From assembly GCA_965204725.1 (NCBI GenBank), contig OZ242005.1, forward strand, positions 2,400,001 to 2,464,000: 64,000 nucleotides of DNA, written 5' to 3'. A program made the translations under genes and the position numbers. The notes below the pieces were generated by a model that saw only the letters and a program-made list of their open reading frames with translations, did not search any database and was not told the origin of the DNA. This document shows, one piece after another, positions 1 to 9,507 of the stretch; position 1 is the stretch's first letter; the number at the start of each line of letters is the position of its first letter. Source of the DNA: Candidatus Latescibacterota bacterium. Its GTDB lineage: Bacteria; Latescibacterota; UBA2968; UBA8231.

Positions 1-2
1 CG

Positions 3-1433
3 CTCATCGATATGGAGTTGCTGCAAATGGAGGCCAAAGAGCGAGGGATCGATCGCCTGCCAGTCTTCGTGTACAAGATGGCCCAGCACAGGAAGGAAAA
101 GCTCATTGGCCTCTACCAGACCAAAAAGATCAAGGTGCGAGTCTCGGGGCAGGAGGTCAGCGATTACTTCCGCGAACAAGAGTTGGCGCACAAAGTCCGC
201 TTTGCCCAACTCATCGCCGCCAGCGAGGACAGCGCGTGGTCCGCACGGCGCGAAGTCACTGCGGGGCGAGATTTCGCTGACGTGGCCGAGCAGTGGTCCA
301 TCCACGGGCCGACGATGGAGCAATCGGGGTTTGTCGGCAAGCTAGATATACCACCTTATCTGCGACCGCCTCTCTTCGCCTTAGCAAAAGGGGAAGTGAG
401 CCAGCCCATAGACATTGGGGGGCATTTCGCCCTTTTCAAAGCCTTGGAGTTCGCGGAAACCGGGCTGGACGACGAGCAATTCCAAAAGATCTACCGACAA
501 CTCTTTATCGAGCGCAGCGTCGCGGCGAGGGCGGCCTTGGCCGACAGCCTCAAACAAGCCCTCAAACTCGCACGGGACCAGCGGGGATTGGACGCTTTTG
601 TGGCGGCCATGCGCCGGGGGGCCTCCTCCGAAGATGAACAGGTGCGAGCCATTGTTCTCTACCGCTATGAAGGAGGAACCATCGCGGCCGGCGATGTGCT
701 CGATGCCGCCAGTCAACTCAAATACAAAACGCTGGACTTGCGCCGCAACGAGGCCGTCGTCGAGTACGCCGAAAGCACCTTGGTGCCCGACGCGCTCTTT
801 GTCGAGGCCGCCCTGCGGGAGGGCTTAGACCGGACCGGGGAAGTGACGCAATGGCTGGCGAGGAAACGGGAACGGGAATTGGTCGTGCAGTTGCGCGTCG
901 CTGTGCTGAAGGAGCGCGTAAGCATTTCCCAAGAGGATATCCGCCGAGAGTACGAAGAAAATCCCGACCGCTACATGCAGCCCGACCAGATTGAAATTCA
1001 AGAAATCCTCGTCGCCACTGAAGCAGAGGCCGAGGACTTGCTCGCCCGCCTCCGGCAGGGGGCGTCCATGGGGGACTTGGCTCGCCAGCACTCCAAACGC
1101 TCGCCCACCCTGCGGGACGAGGAGGGCCGCCGACGGTTCACGGCTGCGGCCGCAGTGGTGTACGGACGCTTGGTCGCAGCGGCCCGCAAGGCCCCGGTAG
1201 GCCAGTTGGTCGGGCCGCTACAGGTGCGCGAGGGATACTCCATTTTTAAGGTGTTGTCCCGCGAGCGGGAGCGGTCTTCCTTTGAAGAAGCCAAAAAGCG
1301 GGTGCGTGCCACAGTCAATTGGATCAAGAAACAGCAGGTATTTGAGCAATTCTTAGCCGAACTACGGGCTAAGTACGCGGCGCAGGTCGAGGTCCGCGAG
1401 GACAATCTGCAACGCGTTCTCACCAGCGGCTAA
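3..1433 (+). CDS. SurA/PrsA-like peptidyl-prolyl isomerase with two PpiC (rotamase) domains; 5'-truncated by the window edge
   Basis: Motifs 'FADVAEQWS', 'GEVSQPI', 'IQEILVATEAEAEDLLARLRQGASMGDLARQHS', 'GQLVGPLQVREGYSIFKV'. The frame is open to the window start. Paralog of 31305..32948 (LIDMELLQMEAKERGID vs LIDSHLMVLEAQALGLD). Confidence 0.85.
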   Translation, partial: LIDMELLQMEAKERGIDRLPVFVYKMAQHRKEKLIGLYQTKKIKVRVSGQEVSDYFREQELAHKVRFAQLIAASEDSAWSARREVTAGRDFADVAEQWSIHGPTMEQSGFVGKLDIPPYLRPPLFALAKGEVSQPIDIGGHFALFKALEFAETGLDDEQFQKIYRQLFIERSVAARAALADSLKQALKLARDQRGLDAFVAAMRRGASSEDEQVRAIVLYRYEGGTIAAGDVLDAASQLKYKTLDLRRNEAVVEYAESTLVPDALFVEAALREGLDRTGEVTQWLARKRERELVVQLRVAVLKERVSISQEDIRREYEENPDRYMQPDQIEIQEILVATEAEAEDLLARLRQGASMGDLARQHSKRSPTLRDEEGRRRFTAAAAVVYGRLVAAARKAPVGQLVGPLQVREGYSIFKVLSRERERSSFEEAKKRVRATVNWIKKQQVFEQFLAELRAKYAAQVEVREDNLQRVLTSG

Positions 1434-1453
1434 GAAGTCGTTTTAAGATTCGG

Positions 1454-3628
1454 GTGCGCCCGATGGCCGCCTTCAACCCAAGCTCAGAGAAGGACCCAAA
1501 ACGCCGCTTATTCAGATGGGGTACGGGTGCTATCTTAGCACTAGCACTGGCGTTGCGCTGGCCCGTGCCCGCCCCGGCTTGGACCCATTTCGACGAGATC
1601 GCCTTCATCGTCCTGCCGCTCGGTTTCTGGAGCGGCGATCTCAATCCTCACTATTTCAATTACCCCACTTTTCACTTCTACCTCAGTTCACTTCTGTACC
1701 TGCTCTACTATCTTGCGACGAGCACCGAATCAGTGGAACAGTTCGTGGCCTATCGCTTGCTGGTCGATGGCCGCGACTTGCTGCCCCTAGTGCGCGGGGT
1801 CAACGCCCTCATGGCCGTTGCCACAGTAGGCGCGGTCGCCTGTTTGGGCCGACGTCTCTACGGCGTCAGAGAAGGACTCTTGGCGGCCCTAATTTTGGCG
1901 ACCGCGCCGCTAGCCGTGCGTTTTGCCTATATGGCCACCACGGATACGCCGGCTGTGTTCTGGGCGGTAATGGCCCTGTTGTGGGCCGTGCGCGCCCGGC
2001 AGGAGGGGTGCGTACGGGATTTTCTGGCGGCGGGTATTTTTATGGGTTTGGCCGGGGCGACCAAGTACCCGGCGGTCCTAGTGGCGGCACCCGTGGCCAC
2101 GGCGATTTTGCTGGGGAGTCCTCGGCCACGGCGGCGCATCCTCTGGGTCGTCAGTGGGGGCGCGCTGAGTTTTGCCTTAGCCACGCCCTTTGTCTGGCTC
2201 GACGCCGGGCAGTTTTGGGATCATTTCGCCGATATGGGGCAGACCCATCTGCTGGCCGAGTCTAGCACCGAGGAACGGGCTTGGCTTTACCACCTGCGCT
2301 ATACCCTGCGCCACGGTCTGGGCGCGGTGGCGACCGGGGCCGTAGCCCTAGCCCTGCTCTGGGGCGTCGGCCAGCGGCAGTGGCAGGAACTCGTCTTGCT
2401 GGCCGGCATCGTCCCCTTGGCCGCAGTTCTCGCTCTTGCAGGCTCCACTTTTATGCGCTATGCCCTGCCCCTTGCACCCCTGCTGGCCCTGCTCATCGGA
2501 CGCCTAGTCGGGATGGGGTGCAAGTATCCTTTGGTGGGTGGCTTGGTCGTCCTGACTCTGGTGGCCGAGCCCCTGTACGCCTCGCTTCGCACTCGATCCC
2601 TACTCAGCGGCCAAGATACCCGCCTAGAGGCTCAGGCTTGGATCCAGACCCACCTTCCCCAGTACCAGCGCCTGATCCAAGGGCCTTCGGAGTGCGGCCA
2701 GATCGAGGTGCTGACCCCTGAACGCCTACAGGTGCGGCAGACGCACTATCTCCACAGCTACGGCCGCGCAGCGTTGCTACAGGCGTACTCACTACTGGCC
2801 CAGCGCGATGATCTGCCGCCCCTGTACCTAGAGATCACGGCGGAGCAGGTAACGGCGACATCCCAAGACAGTGCGAGTGCCCCGGCCGTGGTCATCTACT
2901 ATCAGCATCCAGTGTGTCGCGCCGAGGATACACCGCCCGACTTCCAAGCACTTCTAGCGAACAGCCAATGGCAAAAAGTCTTTTCGCCGGGCCGGATGGA
3001 AGCGGCTGTTTTCGACCGGATGGACTGGTATTTTTTGCCGATTGCGGGATTTGACCAAGTAGAAAAGACCGGGCCGGTCGTCCGGCTGGGTACGCTCTCT
3101 GGGGGTGGAGACCCGGTTCGGCTAGAGACCCGTTCTTACTTTGAGGCAATGCACTCGGTTTTGCGCGGCCACCAAGCTAGGGCCGAAAAGAATTGGACGG
3201 AGGCCTTGCAGGCGTACCACCGGGTTTTGGCAATCGCGCCCGTTCCCGAAGCGTTAATTGGCCTAGCCATGGGACGCTATCTCTACGCCCAGATGGGGCG
3301 GACGTATGCTCAAGTAGGCCAATTGGACCAAGCCGTGCGCTTTTTGCAGCAAGCTATCGCGCTAAAGCCGGCGTACCGAGAAACGCACAACGAACTCGGG
3401 GTGGTGTACGCCTCCTTGGGAGATTTGGAAAAAGCCGTGGAAACTTGGGAGGAGCTGGTCGCGCTGCATCCAGATTTTGCCCCGGCTTACTTTAACCTAG
3501 GCCGGGCTTTGTGGCACTTGGAGCGCCGTCAGCAGGCCCGTGCGTACTGGCGGAAGGGAGTGGAGTTGATGCCCAACCATCCACTGGCGGGCCAAATACA
3601 ACAGTTAGAGTTGGAGGACGGGGGTTGA
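1454..3628 (+). CDS. GT-C membrane glycosyltransferase (GT39/ArnT/PMT-like) with C-terminal TPR repeats
   Basis: 'HFDE' after the first TM segment, 'DLNPHYFNYPTF', 'GLAGATKYP', about 11 hydrophobic segments, and TPRs ('NELGVVYASLGDLEKAVETWEELVALHPDFAPAYFNLG'). Confidence 0.8.
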   Translation: MRPMAAFNPSSEKDPKRRLFRWGTGAILALALALRWPVPAPAWTHFDEIAFIVLPLGFWSGDLNPHYFNYPTFHFYLSSLLYLLYYLATSTESVEQFVAYRLLVDGRDLLPLVRGVNALMAVATVGAVACLGRRLYGVREGLLAALILATAPLAVRFAYMATTDTPAVFWAVMALLWAVRARQEGCVRDFLAAGIFMGLAGATKYPAVLVAAPVATAILLGSPRPRRRILWVVSGGALSFALATPFVWLDAGQFWDHFADMGQTHLLAESSTEERAWLYHLRYTLRHGLGAVATGAVALALLWGVGQRQWQELVLLAGIVPLAAVLALAGSTFMRYALPLAPLLALLIGRLVGMGCKYPLVGGLVVLTLVAEPLYASLRTRSLLSGQDTRLEAQAWIQTHLPQYQRLIQGPSECGQIEVLTPERLQVRQTHYLHSYGRAALLQAYSLLAQRDDLPPLYLEITAEQVTATSQDSASAPAVVIYYQHPVCRAEDTPPDFQALLANSQWQKVFSPGRMEAAVFDRMDWYFLPIAGFDQVEKTGPVVRLGTLSGGGDPVRLETRSYFEAMHSVLRGHQARAEKNWTEALQAYHRVLAIAPVPEALIGLAMGRYLYAQMGRTYAQVGQLDQAVRFLQQAIALKPAYRETHNELGVVYASLGDLEKAVETWEELVALHPDFAPAYFNLGRALWHLERRQQARAYWRKGVELMPNHPLAGQIQQLELEDGG

Positions 3629-3830
3629 GATTTTTCTTTGGACTTAGACTTTTTGCTCGTATATTACCGCATCATCGGCGTTACTTACCTTCGATTGGAA
3701 TGCGGGCGTCTCGCCTTTTCCGCAAGCAATACTTCCTAATTTTTCCAAAGTTTTGAGAAAGCGGTGTAGGAGTAGGGGAATTAAGGATATTCAACCAGCC
3801 AAGAGAAAGGAGGTTGTACGGTCTGGCAAC

Positions 3831-3847
3831 TTGGCACTGTATATGCA
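3831..3847 (+). promoter_or_regulatory. Putative sigma-54 (-24/-12) promoter
   Basis: TTGGCACTGTATATGCA: GG at 3833-34 and GC at 3845-46 with the required 10-nt spacing, 67 nt upstream of the 3914 start. Confidence 0.55.
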
Positions 3848-3913
3848 AGATATGCAAGTGAGTAGATAGATGAATCAGCTCCTCAATACAATACCTAACA
3901 GGAGGTTAAGGTA

Positions 3914-4846
3914 ATGAAACTGATTCGTTGCTTTCTGGCTTTGTCGCTTATCGTCGCCTGCACTAGCATCGGCTCGGCTCACGAACCGCCCGGGGAACTG
4001 TACTTCGCCTTTCAGTTCCCCCTGCACGCCGTGCCCACCATCGACGGCGATATAAGCGACTGGGACATGTTGGACCCAGAGGTCTTCGAGATCTCGGTGG
4101 AACGCGGCCATATCCAAGAGACGGTGCGCGGGGATGACAGCGGTGAGTTGTCGGATTTCAACGCTCGGAGCATGTGGGCTTGGAACGAGGAAATGAACCG
4201 GGTTTTCTCCTTTGCCTTTGTGGTTGACGATCATCTCGACAACGACCGCGACGACCCCACGATCTTCAATTGGGATGACGACTGGCACTTCGTGCTCGAC
4301 GCCGATCACAGCGGCGGCGATATGTTCACCGACGATTGGAACCAGTTGGACGATGCCGAGCGCCGGGCTGTGATGTTCGTCACGGGTCAGCTATGGCAGA
4401 TCCACGTACCGCCCATTGATGGGTACTGGGCCTTCAAGTACATCGAAGCGACCGACTGGGAGACCACTGGTCGCGAGCTACCCTTTCCCGAATTCTCTCA
4501 AGTGGGCTGGTCCCGCACCGGCGAGACAGGTGGCCCGGGTACTTATACCTACGAGATCATGATGACCCCGTGGGAAACTTGGAGCTGGGATGGTCCTGAG
4601 CAAAGCACCATCGTCGATTTGGAAGTAGGCAATATCATCCACGTCGGCTCCCTGTCCAAGGACTATGACACCAATCCCGACCGCTACGAGGGAGGCTACG
4701 ATTTTCCAGCTATTCACAATGTCTGGCGCAATGCCAATCTCATGGCCGACATGGAGCTGCTGGAGGTCGATGACTCGCTGTTTCCCACCTCTGTAGAAAA
4801 CGACTCGTGGGGCAGAATTAAGTCCCACTACCTGCTGGAAGAGTAA
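3914..4846 (+). CDS. Secreted acidic protein (CBM9/DOMON-like 'PTIDG..DWD') with C-terminal SWGRIK motif
   Basis: AGGAGG RBS at 3900-3905, signal peptide ending GSA-H23, 'QFPLHAVPTIDGDISDWD', tail 'TSVENDSWGRIKS'. Paralog of 26035..26967. Confidence 0.75.
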   Translation: MKLIRCFLALSLIVACTSIGSAHEPPGELYFAFQFPLHAVPTIDGDISDWDMLDPEVFEISVERGHIQETVRGDDSGELSDFNARSMWAWNEEMNRVFSFAFVVDDHLDNDRDDPTIFNWDDDWHFVLDADHSGGDMFTDDWNQLDDAERRAVMFVTGQLWQIHVPPIDGYWAFKYIEATDWETTGRELPFPEFSQVGWSRTGETGGPGTYTYEIMMTPWETWSWDGPEQSTIVDLEVGNIIHVGSLSKDYDTNPDRYEGGYDFPAIHNVWRNANLMADMELLEVDDSLFPTSVENDSWGRIKSHYLLEE

Positions 4847-4861
4847 TTCCAGTTTCTCGAG

Positions 4862-4901
4862 CGCAAAAAGGGGATATTTCCATATCCCCTTTTTGCGTTT
4901 T
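4862..4901 (+). terminator. Intrinsic terminator, probably bidirectional
   Basis: Perfect 16-bp inverted repeat CGCAAAAAGGGGATAT-ttcc-ATATCCCCTTTTTGCG followed by TTTT. Confidence 0.85.
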
Positions 4902-4956
4902 AGCCATCTAAAATCTGTTTAATCACTCGACAAATTCATAGTCTGGAGGGGCCATC

Positions 4957-7527
4957 ATGGTAGCTGACTCGATCGCCTATCGCCTAGGCATCCCCAGCTT
5001 GGTGTGGATCGGCACCCTGCTGGTCTTTCCCCTGCAGGTCTGGTCGCAACAGGGCTATGCCATCCGCGGGAATCAAGTCCTGATTAACCGAGCAACGCAC
5101 TGGCAGGCGTGGAAAGGGGCTTCGAGTATTCTCGACATTTCCACCGCCCGCAATACAGTGCGCCCCTCCTTTATGCGGAAAGAGGTCAACGCGGCTCAGG
5201 ACGCACCGCAATTTTCCATTACCGGCGCGGGGGGCGTTACAGCAGGCTCCGGCACCAATACGGCACTCAACCTGATCGATGGCGACCTACAGACCATGTG
5301 GAGCCCCGATCCCGAAAGCCCTCTACAGGATTGGTGGACCGAGGTCCATCTCGGCCGCGTGGTGGTCGTCAAAAAAATCGTCGTGCATTTTGCCCAAGAA
5401 GACGAGGGGGATCCCTTTCTACAGTTCAAGGTGCTGGGCTGGCGGCAACCCCCACCGCGCTCGGTCTTGGGCTACTATCTCGACGACCCCAAGACCAATG
5501 TCCCCAACTTCTGGGAAATCGGCCGAACCGACAAACCCAACAAGACCCAGCGCGTATTTGAGTTTGAACCCCGTCCGACCGAAGGATCGGATCAACTCTT
5601 CCGGGGCGATCCGCTAGAGCGCATTCTAATCATTGCCACCAGTAGTGATTCGACCAAGGCCGAGGAATTGACCCAACAGGAGTACGAGAATCTGCCGACC
5701 CAACAGCGAGGTACTATCGAATTTTACCGGAAGGAGCGGTCCGGCCGGGAAACTCTAATTTCACAAGAGGAATACGACCGCATCAATCCCGCCCGCCAAG
5801 GTCCGATCCGCTACTACCGGAGGGAAATTCCCAAGATCGCCGAGGTCGAAATCGTGACGGAGGGAGACAATATCAACATCGGCGTGGTAGAGCGGGGCGG
5901 CCAAGTGACGATCGAGACCAATGGCGGCGTTAGCGACATTGGGGCCACAGTTACCGACGCCAACTACAGCACGGGGGTTAATGGGTCCATTTTCGGCTAC
6001 CGCGACTATAACTACTTCGAGGATCTGGGCGCACTATTCTGGGTTGACACCATGCACTTTCTCACCGACGGGGCCTCGCCGATCAACGAACTGTACGTCG
6101 ATGTCTCCGACGGCACCCGGGCACCCGACGGCAGTATCAAATGGACTCGGGTGGGCCAAAGTACCTCTAGGGACGCTTTTGGCCACACCTCGTCCCGCGG
6201 CTTGCGATTTCGCGAAATCCAGATTGCGCCCACTAGGATCCGCTATATCCGCTCGCCGTTCCAAAATCCACTGAGTTCGCTCAGCTACATCGCCTTTACA
6301 GAAGTGATGCTCTACGGGGAGGGCTTTGTGGCGGAGGTATCGCTGACCTCGGACCTAATTCAATTCAGCGAGCCTAAGAACCTGATTTCCATCGAGTGGG
6401 AGGCGGATACACCGCCCGGAACCCAAGTCCAGCTACAGACGCGAACGGGCAATGAGTTGATAGAAGAGAAAATCCACCACGATTCCAATGGCAAGGTCGT
6501 CACGGCGAGTCGCTACAAAAAGCTGCCTAAGTCCAAAAAGGGCGATATCACCAGCACCTTCAAACCGGGCGACGACTGGAGCACGTGGAGTGTGCCGCAT
6601 ACTCAGTCCGGGGAAGCGATCAAATCCCCTAGTCCGAGGCAGTTTATGGAACTGCGGCTCATATTGCTCACGAACCGGTCGGACGCGGCCGCCACCCTCC
6701 GCTCCATTGCCGTCAATACCTCAGATCCCGTTGCGGATCGGCTGGTGGGAGAGATATGGCCCACCCGAATTGAGGCCGTGGGCACCCCGGAAGAATTCTC
6801 TTATTTCATCCGGCCCGATTTCACCGCGACCGCTCAGGGGTTCGACGAGATTCGCCTAGAAGGCACGGCGCGAACCGAGATGGAGTTGCTTGAAGTGCGG
6901 ACGGGAAGTAAGGACCACTTCAAAAACGGACAAACCACCAACTACACCCCAGCGGATCTGACGCTGCTCGATGCGCCAGCCGGTTCCCTCCAGTTTCGTT
7001 TGAGCGAGAAAATTGGCTTGGGAACAGACTTAGTTCAGGTCCGGTTTCGCGCCACCATATTCGGCAACAGTGCCTCCTTTAGAGCCTTAGTACAGAACTC
7101 CGCCGCACCCAACTTCTGGCAGCGAGTTGATGAGGGCGACCCCACGGAGTTGGTCGGTAGCCAGACCGTCACCGTCCTAGCACTCAGCGGCGACGAAATC
7201 ATCCGAGATTTCAGCCTAGAATCGCCTGTATTCACGCCCAATGGGGACGGCGTCAACGACGAGCTGCTAGTCCGCTTCGGCGTGGCGCGGGTGGGCACTG
7301 AGAGGCCGGTGACTCTGACCGTGTACGACCTGAGTGGGGTTGAGACCAGCCGGATAGAGGAACGCCGTCCAGACCCGCGCGGAAACTATATCTTTCGCTG
7401 GGATGGCAAGGATCACTTGGGCGAGCCGGTTCCTCCAGGGATATACTTGGCTAGGGTAAAAGTGGAGGTGGATTCTGGCTCGGCCGATAACACTTTTGTG
7501 CAGCGGGTGGTCCATGTAGCATACTGA
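4957..7527 (+). CDS. Large secreted protein, subtype A: discoidin-like domains plus C-terminal FTPNGDG/FlgD-Ig domain
   Basis: Signal peptide, 'NLIDGDLQTMW..DWWTEVHLGR', 'FTPNGDGVND...VYDLSG...WDGKDHLGEPVPPGIY', ends VHVAY. Confidence 0.8.
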   Translation: MVADSIAYRLGIPSLVWIGTLLVFPLQVWSQQGYAIRGNQVLINRATHWQAWKGASSILDISTARNTVRPSFMRKEVNAAQDAPQFSITGAGGVTAGSGTNTALNLIDGDLQTMWSPDPESPLQDWWTEVHLGRVVVVKKIVVHFAQEDEGDPFLQFKVLGWRQPPPRSVLGYYLDDPKTNVPNFWEIGRTDKPNKTQRVFEFEPRPTEGSDQLFRGDPLERILIIATSSDSTKAEELTQQEYENLPTQQRGTIEFYRKERSGRETLISQEEYDRINPARQGPIRYYRREIPKIAEVEIVTEGDNINIGVVERGGQVTIETNGGVSDIGATVTDANYSTGVNGSIFGYRDYNYFEDLGALFWVDTMHFLTDGASPINELYVDVSDGTRAPDGSIKWTRVGQSTSRDAFGHTSSRGLRFREIQIAPTRIRYIRSPFQNPLSSLSYIAFTEVMLYGEGFVAEVSLTSDLIQFSEPKNLISIEWEADTPPGTQVQLQTRTGNELIEEKIHHDSNGKVVTASRYKKLPKSKKGDITSTFKPGDDWSTWSVPHTQSGEAIKSPSPRQFMELRLILLTNRSDAAATLRSIAVNTSDPVADRLVGEIWPTRIEAVGTPEEFSYFIRPDFTATAQGFDEIRLEGTARTEMELLEVRTGSKDHFKNGQTTNYTPADLTLLDAPAGSLQFRLSEKIGLGTDLVQVRFRATIFGNSASFRALVQNSAAPNFWQRVDEGDPTELVGSQTVTVLALSGDEIIRDFSLESPVFTPNGDGVNDELLVRFGVARVGTERPVTLTVYDLSGVETSRIEERRPDPRGNYIFRWDGKDHLGEPVPPGIYLARVKVEVDSGSADNTFVQRVVHVAY

Positions 7528-7565
7528 GGGATGAGCAAGATCGGCGTCTAGAATTTGCGAGGAAA

Positions 7566-9467
7566 ATGTCAATGAGGACGGCTCCATTCTTTTGTGCCCT
7601 GATCTGGCTTTTCTGTTTTTGGGTCGGTTTTATGGCCGACGAGGCCGCTGGACTGGTCATTTTCCGCTTCGGCGGCCAAGCGCTGGAGCCGCCTCCAGAA
7701 GCAGGCCGCGACGAGGTGGAATTTATCCAGCTAAGCTGGACCGATCTCGACCCTTCCCTAGGCGGCGAGACGGTCGATCTGGCTATAGACGCCGAGGCCA
7801 TTCGGGCACTAAAACGAGATCCTACTTTCAATATAGCCCCCGGAGTTGAGGACAGAGGGGGAAGCCATGTCAGAAAGCAGACCAACGGGCAGGTATGGGA
7901 TGGGGACTCTAGCACTTTCTGGTTGGCGGAACGCTATCTATGCACCGAATTCGAGGAAAGGAATTACTTCCTTAGCTGTACCGACGATTTCGGCACCCCG
8001 GGCACCGCAAATCTCAACCTAGGGGGCCTTCATCTCATCGATCGAATTCGGGTGATATCCGGGCTGACCGACCCGAGCAGAATAGCACAGACCTTTCGCG
8101 TCCACCTCAACGAAGAGCAGCCCCGCCAAGCGGCGTACCTGCACCCCCGCCCCTACGCGCCTTGGCTCATCGAGGTGCGCGACAACCGCGAGCAAATCAT
8201 AGATATACCCATCCCGCCGCACGATAAAGTAAGTTTCGTTCAAGTCACTATCGGCGAGCACAACGAGGACTGGGAAGTAAACGAGATCGAAGTCTATGCC
8301 AAAGGCTTTGTCGAGCAGTCAACGTATATCTCCAATATCCTCGATTTTGGCCAGCCCATGGCCTGGGGCGACCTGCGCTGGGCAGGCCACCAAGACCCCA
8401 AAGCCCGCGTCCTCATCCAATCCCGAACCGGACACGACGACGACCCCGACCTGTTCTGGCGTTTCACCGGACGAGGCGACGAAAAAATACCCGTCAGCCG
8501 AGCCGACTACGCCAAGTTAGCGCGAGGCGAAAAAGCCGGCATCGGCTACGATCGCGCCAACTGGACATTCTGGTCGGCCCCTTACGCCTTTGCCGACAGC
8601 AACGGCACCCCCGTCGCCTCGCAGGGGCCCAGACACTATTTCCAACTCAAAGTAGATTTGCTGCCCCAAGACGACGATGGCGGTCACGTCAACTGGCTCG
8701 AAGTGCGCGCGTCCCCGCCGGTAGCCACGCAATTGGTCGGCGAGGTCTGGCCGGTCGAAGCCACCGTCGGCCAGCCGCAGCCGTTTACTTATGTGCTGCG
8801 TCCCACTATTGGCGGGGAGGGCGGCTTTGACCGGCTGGAGATGACCACGACGGCGCGGCTGGAGGCTGTAACAGGCGTCCGCATCGGCGATGAGCCGGTT
8901 GACTATGCCGTGGAAGTGCCCCAGCCCCACCGGGTAGTCGTGCGGATCCCGCGGCTGACCGCCGAGGATTCGGGCACTTTGGTCGAGGTCGGCTTCGACG
9001 CGGCCGTGTTGCGCTATGGCTCGACATTTTCCGTGCGGGTGTGGGACAGTGCCCAGCCGTTGGAAGTGCCCCAAAGTGTCCAAGAGGGCGATGCCAGTCC
9101 GGCATACGAGGCCAATCGGGTCTGGGTCGCCACCCGGGCGGAACATCAGGAGGTGTTGCAGTTGGCGGCCGGTCCGGTGGTCTTGACGCCCAACGGGGAT
9201 GGGGCCAACGACGGGGGGCGGCTGAGATACGACTTACTGGAACTGATAGAGTCGGCGTCCGTGTCGGTCGGGGTGTGGGATTTATCGGGTCGTCGGGTGC
9301 GTCGGGTGTATGCGGGCTGGGATGGAGTGGGTCTTTACGAACGGGTGTGGGATGGTCGGGACGAGGCGGGGCGGCTGGTGCCGCCGGGCTTGTACCTGTA
9401 CCGGGTCGCGGTCGAAGCCGACCGCCAAACGATCCAAGCGATAAAACCCATACACGTCGCCTATTAA
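7566..9467 (+). CDS. Large secreted protein, subtype C, with C-terminal FTPNGDG/FlgD-Ig domain
   Basis: Signal peptide, 'YISNILDFGQPMAWGDLRW', 'LTPNGDGAND...WDGRDEAGRLVPPGLY', ends IHVAY. Confidence 0.8.
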   Translation: MSMRTAPFFCALIWLFCFWVGFMADEAAGLVIFRFGGQALEPPPEAGRDEVEFIQLSWTDLDPSLGGETVDLAIDAEAIRALKRDPTFNIAPGVEDRGGSHVRKQTNGQVWDGDSSTFWLAERYLCTEFEERNYFLSCTDDFGTPGTANLNLGGLHLIDRIRVISGLTDPSRIAQTFRVHLNEEQPRQAAYLHPRPYAPWLIEVRDNREQIIDIPIPPHDKVSFVQVTIGEHNEDWEVNEIEVYAKGFVEQSTYISNILDFGQPMAWGDLRWAGHQDPKARVLIQSRTGHDDDPDLFWRFTGRGDEKIPVSRADYAKLARGEKAGIGYDRANWTFWSAPYAFADSNGTPVASQGPRHYFQLKVDLLPQDDDGGHVNWLEVRASPPVATQLVGEVWPVEATVGQPQPFTYVLRPTIGGEGGFDRLEMTTTARLEAVTGVRIGDEPVDYAVEVPQPHRVVVRIPRLTAEDSGTLVEVGFDAAVLRYGSTFSVRVWDSAQPLEVPQSVQEGDASPAYEANRVWVATRAEHQEVLQLAAGPVVLTPNGDGANDGGRLRYDLLELIESASVSVGVWDLSGRRVRRVYAGWDGVGLYERVWDGRDEAGRLVPPGLYLYRVAVEADRQTIQAIKPIHVAY

Positions 9468-9507
9468 AGGACGTTTTGTACAAATCCAATTGGAGGTGAA
9501 CTCTCCC

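Noticed and set aside
3806-3830. Orphan AAGGAGGT upstream of the sigma-54 motif
   Set aside because: No well-spaced start codon with a credible ORF follows it.
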